From a virus, in the IMG/VR virus record IMGVR_UViG_3300045988_072028, positions 1-64,000 of that record: a DNA stretch of 64,000 nt. One strand, given 5' to 3'. How positions within the stretch are numbered: the first letter of the stretch is position 1; each line of letters starts with the position of its first letter. Of the stretch, positions 9,352 to 20,300 are shown one piece after another. The notes below the pieces were generated by a model, which worked only from the letters and a program-made list of their open reading frames with translations, made no database searches and had not been told where the DNA came from. The position numbers were made by a program, and so were the translations under genes.

Positions 9352-12300
9352 ATGGCTAAGAAAAATAGACCGGAGGAGATTCCTTCATGGATAAAGGATT
9401 TGTATAAGGAAGATCTTGATCGTGTTGTAAGAGGTGAGCGTCCCATGTATTTTAGGGGTATGAATGATGGTCCTTTAAAGAACGTATCCCCGGAGTTTGA
9501 TGTCCTTAGCGGAGGAGCCGCAGTTAAAGGTATGAATGGGATAAGAGGTACGTTGTCCCCGTTGAATAACGGTATGGGTAATTATAATTTCAGCCTCAGG
9601 GGTATAAATAAGAAGATAGGTGAGCTGGTTGACGAGGCGGGATTATATCTACCTGAGAAATTAAGGCCTGTATATCGGACTGTGGTGGATGCTATGTCGA
9701 GTTCCAAGGATAAGGGGTTGGGTCATATCACGCAGCCGTTGGCCAACGCCCTGTACCCTGCGGACGAGCGGCGGAACCGGCGCATGGACGGGGAGCATCC
9801 CGTTGGTTATGTGGATGCCATAGACGGCATATGGCCTAGGGATAAATATGGGCTATGGGGAGAGAAAATTGAGCGGAAAGCTGATGGAGGAGAGATGTAT
9901 ACCGTATCTAAAGGCGATACTCTTTGGAGTATAGCCAAAAGATTGGGATTATCTTTAGACGATATTGTATCGTGGAATAGGGATATCCCTGATATCAACA
10001 AGATACAGATAGGTGATAAGATAAAGGTTTCAGACCCATCGCTGTCAATAGAGAAAGAGGATCATGATTTGATGGATATAATATCCAGGGAGGCTGAGAT
10101 CAATAAGATGAGCGATGAGGATATAATCAAGAGCGTCGATCATAAATCTAATTATGCTATTGTAGATAAGAAGAATAAAAAACTAACGGTTTATTCACCG
10201 AGCGGGGATATTCTTTATAGCACTAATAATATAGGTGTAGGTGCTTCTGGCGATGATTATAATACCTATACCAAGACGACGAAGGATAAAAAACTTATCG
10301 CCGGAGCTGGAAATATGTCTACTCCGGCCGGCATAACAAGAGTGTCAGGTATAGGCGAGTATCATGGCCAGAAATCGTTCCAGAGAGCTAGGTTTAATCC
10401 TAAGACAGGTAAATGGGATCATAACATAGCTTCGTCTATGCACCACGAGGCCTCTGCCGGAAGAGGCTCTAATGGATGTATCAGGCTTCTTGGTGATACA
10501 GGGAATGAGTTGTATAATTTTATAAAGAAGGGTGATTTTATTTATACGCTTCCAGAGAAAGAGGGAAGTAGATTTGTCATTCGTGAGGGATCTATTAATT
10601 ATATAGCGGATAATCCTTATGGTGAGGATTCCGGAGAGAAGAAGCTATGGGATGATTACAATGTTCACATAAATAAGGATTTTAGACCTTTAAATATAAG
10701 TATCAAGAATAGTGACATATCACCAGATGTCTTACCTAAATGGATTTATGATGCTTATGATCCAAAGGATGGGACAAATTCTAATAGCGCGTTTCTTGGT
10801 GTTATATCAGCTATTGATAATATAGCTAAAATGGATAAACTGGGTAATATGAAGGAATATGGTGATGCCATATCATCTAACAAGGAACGTATCATGAGTG
10901 AGTTCGATATCGATAGCTACACTTATGATAGGATGGCTATGTTGGCCATGGGTATTGCTGAGCAGGAGACAAAGTTTGGAGTATCTCCCAGATATATCGG
11001 GAAACAGGCTATCGGGGATTTCGGTGTTGATATAGCCAAAAGATTTAGATCATTGCTCAAGGGTGACGGATGGAATGACAGGTCTTATAACTCGAAGGGT
11101 ATAACACAGATAAAGATAGAAGGTGATAATGATGAGACAAAGAAGATATATGATAAGTTTGGTATAGATAAGGAGAATATCCTAAAGCCATATAATTCAG
11201 GTATAGCTACCATGTTGCGTTTGGCGTCTATATACAAGAACGAGGTTGTAGGTCGTGGTTTTAAGGATAATAAAGGTAATGATATAGACAAATTCGACGC
11301 CTTGCTTTATAAGTGGATGGGTAAGGGAAAGTTATTGAATAACGGCAAGGCTTCTCCTGATGATAATGATTATATCAATAACGTAAAGAAATATATTGGT
11401 AATTTTGATTTCAAGGTTAAATATGGTGATGGTGGACTTATTAGTGATGAGCCATTGGGCGTAAGACAGGATGTATCTGATAAGGCTTCATATTTGAAGG
11501 ATATTATAGGTAATGCCATAAGAAGAAGGTTGTACGAGAATGTCACTCCTGATGTGGTGGCTTCAAATGCTAGCCTTCCTGGCAAGGTCAATGAATTTAT
11601 ATATGGCAGAAACGGGAAGGTTAACGTTGATGAATATAGTGATCAACTATGGGCTAGATTTTTATCTCAACCTAATAATCTAGATGGCAATAATAAGGAG
11701 ATACGGATTCCTGATAATGTCATTGCTGACATTGAGAAGATGTTTAATCGTGACACTAAGGATGAGATAAAGAGGTTAGATAAGAAAATACATGATACGG
11801 AGCAAGAAATATATGGTTCTGATACACCGGCATCAGATGAGCTTTATGGTAAATTGGAGTTCTTAAAAAAATCAAGAGAGTGGGTAGATACTTTTGAGAA
11901 GAATCGTAATTCGGTAAGATCTGGAAAGCCTACGGTTTTTTCTGAATACGATTTTTATCCCGAAGCTGCTGGTGATCTTACCCCATTGTCAGGATTTGGT
12001 AATTTTACAATTTATAGGCGTCCGGATGGAAGGTTAGGTGTCTATGACGTATACGATTTTCATGGTGACGATCAGGAATTTCCTGTAAACGTAGCCACAA
12101 AGGTACTAGACGCTATAGGCGATAAGTTTGAGGAGAGAGGGTCGTTTGAGGATCATAATCCTCTTCTGGAAAGCGGGAAGGATGCTCTTATCCGTAACGC
12201 TATTATGTCTAAGAATAAGTTGGAGGATAAGGAGGATGGAGGTCCGGTAAATACAGAACGAGATTATGGTGCCGGTAAATACGTTATTGATCCTAGTAGA

Positions 12301-13158
12301 TCAGAGGATAGTAAGATGGTTGTGTATGATGAGATATGGGACTATCTGACAGAAAAGAAGGGAATACCACAAACGCAAGCGGTAGGCATCCTCGCCAACA
12401 TCGCCGCCGAGTCCGGAGGGGACACCGAAGCCCTAGGAGCCGCCGGTGATTTTGGCATCCAACAATGGCTTGGACCGAGGAAGAAGGAGCTACAGCGCAG
12501 GTATGGGAAGAAACCGACATTGACACAGCAGTTGGATTATCTCGTGGATGAGTATCAAGGCAAGGTCCCGGGGTTAGGTTGGAATTACATCAATCAAGGA
12601 AAGTTTTTTGACAAGGACGCTCAAGGTAATGTATATAATTACTATATGTATTCTAAATCCGATTTCGATAACGCCGTCAACTACAAGGACGCTACCGTGG
12701 CATGGAATCAAGGATACGGAAGACCCCTTGGATCGACATTAAGAAACGAGAAGCGGTTTGAGTTCGCCGATATGTTCTCCAACAGATACGGTGTCCCGGA
12801 GAACGAGCCAATGAGATACGAGTTCGGGCAGCGGGATTCGGGCACGGGGGACGGAGGTCAGCAGCCCGTGCCTGAGACGGTAGCCCCCGCCGGTTCTTCT
12901 TTGGCTTCCCATCCTGCCATGGATAGCTGGTGGGAGAAGGAGGGTCAAGATCTGTTATATAAGATGCTAGCTCAATCCGGCGCTAACAAGAAAGCTATAG
13001 AGGACATCGCTAATAATATTAAGAATGATCCTCAATCAGAGGCGCAGATAGCGGAGGCTGAGCGTATGCGTAAGGAACAGGCGAAAAGGCAGTTGGTGCT
13101 TAATATGATACCGGGGTTGATGCTGAATATAAAGGGTATGAGTAGATCTCAAAATTAA
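9352..13158 (+). CDS. virion-associated multi-domain peptidoglycan hydrolase (LysM + YkuD-like + SLT-like + phage-tail-lysozyme-like)
   Basis: LysM YTVSKGDTLWSIAKRLGLSLDDIVSWN (about 9898-10030). YkuD-type catalytic motif HHEASAGRGSNGCIRL (Cys codon 10477-10479). SLT-like MLAMGIAEQETKFG (about 10930-11300). Tail-lysozyme-like GILANIAAESGGD..FGIQQWLGPRK (about 12375-12760). Confidence 0.8.
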   Translation: MAKKNRPEEIPSWIKDLYKEDLDRVVRGERPMYFRGMNDGPLKNVSPEFDVLSGGAAVKGMNGIRGTLSPLNNGMGNYNFSLRGINKKIGELVDEAGLYLPEKLRPVYRTVVDAMSSSKDKGLGHITQPLANALYPADERRNRRMDGEHPVGYVDAIDGIWPRDKYGLWGEKIERKADGGEMYTVSKGDTLWSIAKRLGLSLDDIVSWNRDIPDINKIQIGDKIKVSDPSLSIEKEDHDLMDIISREAEINKMSDEDIIKSVDHKSNYAIVDKKNKKLTVYSPSGDILYSTNNIGVGASGDDYNTYTKTTKDKKLIAGAGNMSTPAGITRVSGIGEYHGQKSFQRARFNPKTGKWDHNIASSMHHEASAGRGSNGCIRLLGDTGNELYNFIKKGDFIYTLPEKEGSRFVIREGSINYIADNPYGEDSGEKKLWDDYNVHINKDFRPLNISIKNSDISPDVLPKWIYDAYDPKDGTNSNSAFLGVISAIDNIAKMDKLGNMKEYGDAISSNKERIMSEFDIDSYTYDRMAMLAMGIAEQETKFGVSPRYIGKQAIGDFGVDIAKRFRSLLKGDGWNDRSYNSKGITQIKIEGDNDETKKIYDKFGIDKENILKPYNSGIATMLRLASIYKNEVVGRGFKDNKGNDIDKFDALLYKWMGKGKLLNNGKASPDDNDYINNVKKYIGNFDFKVKYGDGGLISDEPLGVRQDVSDKASYLKDIIGNAIRRRLYENVTPDVVASNASLPGKVNEFIYGRNGKVNVDEYSDQLWARFLSQPNNLDGNNKEIRIPDNVIADIEKMFNRDTKDEIKRLDKKIHDTEQEIYGSDTPASDELYGKLEFLKKSREWVDTFEKNRNSVRSGKPTVFSEYDFYPEAAGDLTPLSGFGNFTIYRRPDGRLGVYDVYDFHGDDQEFPVNVATKVLDAIGDKFEERGSFEDHNPLLESGKDALIRNAIMSKNKLEDKEDGGPVNTERDYGAGKYVIDPSRSEDSKMVVYDEIWDYLTEKKGIPQTQAVGILANIAAESGGDTEALGAAGDFGIQQWLGPRKKELQRRYGKKPTLTQQLDYLVDEYQGKVPGLGWNYINQGKFFDKDAQGNVYNYYMYSKSDFDNAVNYKDATVAWNQGYGRPLGSTLRNEKRFEFADMFSNRYGVPENEPMRYEFGQRDSGTGDGGQQPVPETVAPAGSSLASHPAMDSWWEKEGQDLLYKMLAQSGANKKAIEDIANNIKNDPQSEAQIAEAERMRKEQAKRQLVLNMIPGLMLNIKGMSRSQN

Positions 13159-13168
13159 TGTTACATTT

Positions 13169-13570
13169 GTGAAATCATTAAACGTTTTAGATATGAAAAG
13201 ATTGTTGTTTTTATTTGCTATGTTATTGACGCCATTCGCTTTGATGGCGCAAGAGGTAATCCCATCAGAAGGGCCTATTACTATTGATCTGACTACCTTT
13301 ACAGGCATCATGGCTTTCGTCACGATGTCAGCTACGCAGTTAGCCAAGGTTGTGCCGTATATTGACACCCATAAGTGGGCTAAAGTCCTATCCGCCGTAG
13401 TCATAGGTATGCTGGTTTGTATATTAGCGTGGTTTCTAAAGGTGTCTCCATTGCTTATAGGGAGTGAATGGTGGGAGGCATTGCTGTATGGGGTAGCTGT
13501 TGGGTTCAGTAGTGCCGGCTTCTACGATCTGGTGAAAGCTATAGGATCACTGTTTGTAAAAAGGATCTAG
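13169..13570 (+). CDS. small membrane protein (signal-like N-terminus plus about 3 TM segments); holin-like candidate
   Basis: Hydrophobic segments LLFLFAMLLTPFALMA, FTGIMAFVTMSA, VLSAVVIGMLVCILAWFL and ALLYGVAVGFSSAGF. Lies directly after the muralytic gene. The function is inferred from position only. Confidence 0.6.
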   Translation: MKSLNVLDMKRLLFLFAMLLTPFALMAQEVIPSEGPITIDLTTFTGIMAFVTMSATQLAKVVPYIDTHKWAKVLSAVVIGMLVCILAWFLKVSPLLIGSEWWEALLYGVAVGFSSAGFYDLVKAIGSLFVKRI

Positions 13571-13660
13571 CATCTTGTAATTATTTGAGATATGTAAAAT
13601 TTCAAGATTTTATTATCTATAATATAGGCTATTATATTTTGCAATAATATTAGTATTGCT

Positions 13661-13703
13661 TATATTTGTGCGCCTACCTACTCATCACGAGCGGATAGGC
13701 GCA
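13661..13703 (+). promoter_or_regulatory. TATATTTG box fused to a long hairpin (8-bp outer stem TGCGCCTA/TAGGCGCA, apical loop ATCAC)
   Basis: Box at 13661-13668. Stem 13669-13676/13696-13703, inner pairs cc/gg and ctc/gag. Followed by the T-rich tttattaattt. Confidence 0.5.
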
Positions 13704-13732
13704 TTTATTAATTTAAAACTTTTAGTAAAGGT

Positions 13733-14485
13733 ATGAAAAGTAATTTGATTTTATCATCAGAGAGTAGGGAATTATTAGGTAGGAACATTTCTGTTATGTC
13801 CAAGGACGGGTTTGTATGCATAACGGAAGTTATGGAAGCCTTGAATGAAAAACGTAAATCTATGGGGTTGGAGTCTAGAAGGCTTGATCATTTGTTTGCT
13901 ACTAATGGATTTCAGGAAAAGATGAAAGCTCTTGTTAGGGAGCTGAGTATTAATGATATATGTACTGTAAGAAATCTTACGGTACAAAACCATGAATTGA
14001 AAATCAATAAGATAACCGATCTCAAAAAATACGGAATGGCTTACCGAAGAGGAAAGGGGGAGGGTCAGAAATGGTATGTAAATCCGTATTTTTTTGTTAT
14101 GGTAGCATTGGAATTGGATCCAGAGATATACGCCAAGGTGATAATATGGTTGCATGATGGATTCATAGAGGACAGGAATGCCGCTGGCGAGGCTTATATC
14201 AAGATGAGTTCGGCCGTCGCCAGGTTGGTTAGCGACAAGAGTCAGTTGTCTGATAAGATATCAAGGGTAGCTAAGGCTATTAATTTTATCGTCTTTAACA
14301 AGCATGAGAGTGGGATAAGGAATACGGCCACAAAGAATCAGTTAAACGACATAGTAGCTGTAGAGAATGTTATTACCGGCATTATAGATGGGGGCTTTAT
14401 AGATACTTATGATAAGCTTATAGACTATCTTGGACATGAATGGAAGAAGAAATGGGGTAATCCTGTTGCGGCTTTAAAATATTAG
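13733..14485 (+). CDS. KilA-N-like DNA-binding domain protein (tentative)
   Basis: 250-aa ORF. The N-terminal region RNISVMSKDGFVCITEVMEALNEK..LDHLFATNGFQEK resembles KilA-N domains. It has its own promoter-like box and its own terminator. Confidence 0.6.
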   Translation: MKSNLILSSESRELLGRNISVMSKDGFVCITEVMEALNEKRKSMGLESRRLDHLFATNGFQEKMKALVRELSINDICTVRNLTVQNHELKINKITDLKKYGMAYRRGKGEGQKWYVNPYFFVMVALELDPEIYAKVIIWLHDGFIEDRNAAGEAYIKMSSAVARLVSDKSQLSDKISRVAKAINFIVFNKHESGIRNTATKNQLNDIVAVENVITGIIDGGFIDTYDKLIDYLGHEWKKKWGNPVAALKY

Positions 14486-14492
14486 TATTAAA

Positions 14493-14532
14493 GAGACTCA
14501 TCGTTATATAAATGGTGAGTCTCCGTTTTTTT
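14493..14532 (+). terminator. intrinsic terminator
   Basis: 8-bp stem gagactca/tgagtctc (14493-14500/14516-14523) followed by cg and a T7 run. Confidence 0.75.
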
Positions 14533-14536
14533 AGAT

Positions 14537-14544
14537 TATCTTTG
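14537..14544 (+). promoter_or_regulatory. -7 box TATCTTTG with conserved leader TGTCAGAACGA
   Basis: TAnnTTTG consensus 23 nt upstream of ATG 14568. Box plus leader are nearly identical to 26224 and 38428. Confidence 0.6.
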
Positions 14545-14567
14545 TGTCAGAACGAAATTAATTAGAC

Positions 14568-17300
14568 ATGAGCAAGTATGTAATCAAGAGGAAGATACCT
14601 AAATATCAAGAGGCCGGGGAAGTTGGGTCGTATATGCTTGGTAATATGGATGGCATACAGGGGTTAGGTATAGAACCTTTGGTGAATACCAACCAAGGAT
14701 TACCCGCGCCGGTCAATCCGCTAGGGATATATTCTTTGGATACTCCAGATCAGTTGAGGACTAAATATGCTAATGCTTTTGATCAGGATAATGTGTTTCC
14801 GGATAGCTTCAAGGGTAGTTTGCAACGTATAGCTGAGAATTATCAGGACAATGGTATTACGCTTAATAACATAACTGTTAACGATGTTGATAAGTCTAAG
14901 ACCGGTTCAGGCGAGACGGATGTTTTTGATTTTACCACCATCCCCTACTATGGCGCTGATGATATAGGGTCTAGATTCACTCAGATGGGTCGTGGTATAG
15001 GGCGTATGAGAAGTGAGGGATATGGAGATTTATCCACTGGGGCTAAAACAGCTAATACGATAACCACCATAGCCTCAGGAATTAGTGGTATCATGGGATT
15101 GGCTCGTAGCGTGGTTTCTGGGATAGCGTCAGAGAAAGGTACTCGTACCAATATCAGGTTAGCTCAGGAGCGTGAGGCCAGACAAAGAAGGCAATCCCAG
15201 ATGCAGTACAAGGATGGTGGGGGTGTTTATCTAGGACCTAATAATAGGTTCGATAGCGGAAGCCTTACCGGTGAGTACCTGTATCCGTTACCTAAGTCGA
15301 TGGAAGATCAAGCCAACGTAGAGGTCGAGAAGGGTGAGTACGTGACGCAGCCCGGAGAGGCGCCGATGGAGGCCATGGGGCAGAAGCACGCCGATGGTGG
15401 AACCCCCGTTTCCTTGGAGCAGGGAACGAAGGTTATTACCGACGACACAACCATAGAGCCGGATTTCGCTAAATACATCAGAGATACGTATGGGATCAAA
15501 GCCACGCCTAAGGATACGTATGCTACGTTAATGGACAGGTATAAGGCTAAGATCGGTCTTAAATCGGCTTACGATGATCAGAAAAAGGCGCTGGAGAAGC
15601 TGAAGAAAAACGATAAGATAGATGACGAGAATACAAGGCGTTTAAACGCCTCCGTATTATCTAAGGCTATAAATGATAGCAACGATACCGTTAATGGATT
15701 AGAGGGAAGATTTACGGACTTCGCTAATGTCATATACAAGGAGCAGGAAGACCGGAAGATGAAGAAGGATGAGGATACGTATTTCGCCAAGGGTGGTGAG
15801 ATAGATAACATCATATCCAGATCTATGAAAGAATACGGTCTTACGGAGGAGGATATAGCTGAGGCTAAGAAAGAGCTGCTTAAGAAAGTGGCTGGTATTC
15901 GTCAGAAGATGGAGATAGGAGGCACGTCTTTGTTCGGTCGTAAATTAACTTTCCGCCCGATCGAGAATAGGTTCAACAATGATCCTAACTATTTCGGTTA
16001 TCAACGCCAAGGAACTGATGGCTCTTATGGAGGTATTAATACGGATGAGAGGTTGAATTATTATAAGACATTCAATCCGGTCGCTTACGATGCTTATATG
16101 GGAGCTTCAGAGGGCGCTAGGGCTAGGGCATTGCAAGACGCTATCTACGGTCAGACAAGTAGCTGGATGGGCTTGGCTACGGCTGAGAACCCGATCATCG
16201 CCAACGCCGAGGCGCTTCGGGATTACACGACGCTCGTTTCCTTTGGCGGTGAGGATAGTCAAGGTAATTACCCGGAAGACAAGAAAGCCGCATATCATGA
16301 TAGGATGAGAGACAATAAATTAGGTTTGTTTACCACATCTCGCCCTATGATCGGTCTAGACGTTGTTACAGAGGAACAGCATAAGGCTCTTAACGATGCT
16401 GGTATCACCCATTTTAGCCAACTATTCTCTGACAAGAACAAGGATGTCGTTAATAAGATACTTGGCGAGGATATGCTTAAGATGCAGGCATTGAGATCCA
16501 TGAAAGGAATGGAAGGTCTTGATTTTATACTTGATCCTCATAAGGTGGCTTCCGGTCCTATGGATATAGGTGATGTGGAGGATCCTGATGTTAAGTTGGA
16601 TATGCCTGAGCTGATTGATCCTAATACACTCCCTAAGACCAATACAAATGCCAGTACTAACACCGGTAAGACTAATAATGGTAACGGGAACAGGAATATA
16701 GTGGGTGGTGGCCTTGACTTCCCTGAGGTGTTCAGGATGACTCCGGGAGCCGTGACAACGGAAGGTATGGAAAGGCATTACGCTCCTACCGTGGATCCGG
16801 TGTTGAGATCGGCTGATCAGTATATGGTTGAGGCCAATCGTGCTTTCCAATCACAATTGGATCAGATGGGTAATGTCCCGGATTCCCAGAGAGGGGCTTT
16901 ATCATCCAACTTACAGGCTATCATGAGTTCCAATATAGGTAGATACATTAATGAAGTAGAACAAGGGAACGTGGCTCAAAGGACTTGGGCTGATAATGTA
17001 AACGCCCGGACTTGGACTGATACGTATGATAAGAATATAGCTCAACGTCAGGGTTATCAAAGTCGAATATTACAGGCTTTGGCTAATACTGACGAAAACT
17101 GGGCTAGGTATTTTGATAGCGTAAATGACGAGATCCAACAGAAGTGGAATACGGCTACGACCATGAATACATTAAGGTCTATATTCGGGGATGTCAAGAT
17201 CGGTCCTAATGGGCAGTTGATCGCTGATCCTCAAGGAGATATATTGAGTTATAGGAGATTATATCCTGCTCAGGAAGTAACTAAAGGCAAGAAAGGATAA
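14568..17300 (+). CDS. large virion-associated protein (910 aa), function unknown
   Basis: Long ORF behind a terminator/promoter pair. N-terminus MSKYVIKRK resembles the N-termini of the 26250 and 38452 products. No catalytic motif recognised. Confidence 0.85.
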   Translation: MSKYVIKRKIPKYQEAGEVGSYMLGNMDGIQGLGIEPLVNTNQGLPAPVNPLGIYSLDTPDQLRTKYANAFDQDNVFPDSFKGSLQRIAENYQDNGITLNNITVNDVDKSKTGSGETDVFDFTTIPYYGADDIGSRFTQMGRGIGRMRSEGYGDLSTGAKTANTITTIASGISGIMGLARSVVSGIASEKGTRTNIRLAQEREARQRRQSQMQYKDGGGVYLGPNNRFDSGSLTGEYLYPLPKSMEDQANVEVEKGEYVTQPGEAPMEAMGQKHADGGTPVSLEQGTKVITDDTTIEPDFAKYIRDTYGIKATPKDTYATLMDRYKAKIGLKSAYDDQKKALEKLKKNDKIDDENTRRLNASVLSKAINDSNDTVNGLEGRFTDFANVIYKEQEDRKMKKDEDTYFAKGGEIDNIISRSMKEYGLTEEDIAEAKKELLKKVAGIRQKMEIGGTSLFGRKLTFRPIENRFNNDPNYFGYQRQGTDGSYGGINTDERLNYYKTFNPVAYDAYMGASEGARARALQDAIYGQTSSWMGLATAENPIIANAEALRDYTTLVSFGGEDSQGNYPEDKKAAYHDRMRDNKLGLFTTSRPMIGLDVVTEEQHKALNDAGITHFSQLFSDKNKDVVNKILGEDMLKMQALRSMKGMEGLDFILDPHKVASGPMDIGDVEDPDVKLDMPELIDPNTLPKTNTNASTNTGKTNNGNGNRNIVGGGLDFPEVFRMTPGAVTTEGMERHYAPTVDPVLRSADQYMVEANRAFQSQLDQMGNVPDSQRGALSSNLQAIMSSNIGRYINEVEQGNVAQRTWADNVNARTWTDTYDKNIAQRQGYQSRILQALANTDENWARYFDSVNDEIQQKWNTATTMNTLRSIFGDVKIGPNGQLIADPQGDILSYRRLYPAQEVTKGKKG

Positions 17301-17303
17301 AGG

Positions 17304-20300
17304 ATGGCTTCACAATATAGTATATTAAGGAATTACGGCAAGTATGTATCGCCCTACAACATGGATGTCATGATGCAGGGGATGGGGTACATGCAGCAGA
17401 AGATAGATACCAATCGGCAGGCTATAAACGAGTATGCTGATTATATTATCAATTCTGACATTATAAAACCTCAGGATAGGGAATATCTTCAGAATAGGTT
17501 AAATGGGCTGATACAGGACGTGAATAACGTGTATCGTAAATCTAATTTGGCTTCCGACGGTATAGCCAGAAGCATACAGGCTCGTCTTGGAGAAGCTCTG
17601 GATACCCGTGTGTTGAATGCTATTGCCGGTACTAGGGAGATCCGGGCTTTTAGCGAGAAGATGGAGGATATGAAGCTGAACAATCCCAAGATGTATAGTC
17701 CTATAAACGAGGCTGAGGCTTTTGCGGATGCCGTGGCTTGGATGAATGACGGTCAGGTAGGGACACGTCTTAATCCTATACATTATACCCCTTATACGGA
17801 TTACCACGCTGAGATTGATGAGAAGATGAAGAATTTCATCTCCCTTAACAAGGGGAAGAAAGTCAATGTACCGGTGACTGATGCCAATGGCAACAGGACG
17901 GGCGAGATGCGTGAGATGTATATAGATGAGATGAGTTACGCTCAGGTCAGGGATATAGCCATGGCTTCTATATCTGAGAACGGTAAGGCTCAGATGCAAT
18001 TAGAGGGAAGATATATGGCTAGAACGAATCCTGACTTATTTAATGTTCAAAGCACCTCAGATTTCCTTAAAGGGTATATTGATGATTTCAGTGTCAAGGA
18101 AGAATCCATACGAGCCAAGCTAAAGGGCGTTGGCAATGACAAGGCCAAGAGGGCTAAGTTGGAGTCGGAGCTGGCGGATATTATCAAGCAGAGAAATGAT
18201 TTCGTGGAGGAGGCCGAGGGCGTTATCGGTAGCAACTACAGCCCGGAGCGAGCCGGCATGTTCATGGTACGACAGCAGTTCCTTCGTGGCGTCGGGCTGA
18301 GATGGTCTTATAATAACTCATATGAGACGCTGGGCGTAGATGAGTATTACTTTAAGGCTAACCAACAGATGATGGAAAGAGCTAGGTTTAACGAGACAAA
18401 GAGGCATAATCTGGCTATGGAGAAAGCCGCTTTAATGAAAGCCAGTAAATCGGGTGAATCCGGTGGTGATGGTGGTGGTAATAATACTGTTGGGCCTACG
18501 GTGGTTACGAAGAGCGATAATCTTGATGACGTGAATATAAGTGATGAGTTCATGAACGGATTTACGGCTAATGAGAAGGCTGTTAATGCTGGTATGAATA
18601 GCTTTGTTAAATCACTATCAGATGACGCCAAGAGAAAAATTAGCGCATGGGCGTCCGATCCTGAGAATAGTAATGTTGTCAAGAATATGAGTGATGATCA
18701 AGTCATCATGACTTATTTCAAGGCTAATGGCGGGTCTACGAATACGCTTCTTGATTACAATGGCAAGGACAGCTATATAAAGCTTCTTGGGTTAAACAAC
18801 CAAAGGAATAAGTATAATAGGATCAATGAGGGATTCAATAAGGCTGAGGACGCTGTCTTGGATGGAGTTGATGCTATAGTCGAGAGAGAAGCTAGATCTA
18901 TTACTGGATCTGGAATTGATATTAGTTATGGATATGGGACGTTTGATCTTGGAGATATTGTAGAAGGAGGGCATTGGGCTTTTTCTCATCATGAAGCCAT
19001 AAAAGATATATCGTTAAAAGATTGGGCCAAATTATCCGCATATAGCTCTATCCTTAGTAATAGTGTAGAATTTATTAAGATAGGTAATGACCCTACGCAT
19101 CCAGTATCATATAAAGGTGTGAGTCTTGGAAGTGTTAATTCTGGAGAAGCGTCAGTAGTCCTAGGAAGAATAAATGATCTTATGGGAACCTCCTTAACAT
19201 TGGATGATATACAGTTATTAGCTAATATGGGGGCTGGTCATTTTTCTACATCTGATTTATTTAAAAAGAATCTAAGTGAAGGGTTGAGTAATTATAACGA
19301 GAGGAATGCCGTTGTTGCTACAGCTATATATGATGAGATAAATAAAGAGAATGGGGATGTACTTAGGCATAAATGGAGCCGTGGCGATTTAGGAAGACTT
19401 GCTAGCGACGCTAAACGTGCCGGTGAGGATTATCTAAGACAATATCGTCATGAGTACGCTGAGCGTGAGTATATCTTCTCTGGTGATTATCCGTCTAAAA
19501 GCAAAGCTGAGTATGATTATATAAAGATTAGTGATCTATTCACTCGTGGTGGTGGTTTTATCCCCAAGGATGAGGATAATGCCAATAAGAAGATAACGTT
19601 TACTATATCTCCTATAGGTGATGGCAATTATCAGATCATTGGTAATAATGGAGGTGATGGAAGATCTGTTGTTGAGGTAAGTGAGGCAGATTTAGCCGCC
19701 AATGACCTTACTTTTTATAAGGAGGATGTAAGTATCCCATCCGAGACCTACGATTCTGGCGTCGTGCCTATATCATTCGCCAGTTCAAGTGATAACGCTT
19801 ATGGCAAGATGGCTAACGCTTTACAGGTAGGGCCGGTGGCTTATGCTAGTGGGGCTAAGGATATGACAATGTCTTATATAGATATGTTTACCAATGTCAA
19901 TGATGGTAATATCAGAAAGAACCAGATGTTGATCGCCACTGATGTGTTGTTTGACAATACTTCTATGTATGAGCTTCGGGCTTCTGGATATAAGTATAAT
20001 AACGGTTCTTCCGGCATAAATGTTGATATATACAGGAAGGGCGGAGTAGCGAATGGCAGTACTCCATTATATTCCATTGATCTGGATGGCGTTAACTATG
20101 CTGATGAGGTAGCAAGGAAGATCGACTTCTGCCCGCAGTATTATTTGGTCATGGCATGGCAACAGATACTTAGCAAGGAGAATGAGGTGTATTGGAGGAG
20201 CGAGGGAAGATCTACTACTGATGATTTCGAGAGCTTCATCTCGCCCATAGCTGATATGATTGATCAGGAGATAAGAAACAGGAATAACGGAAATAGTGGA

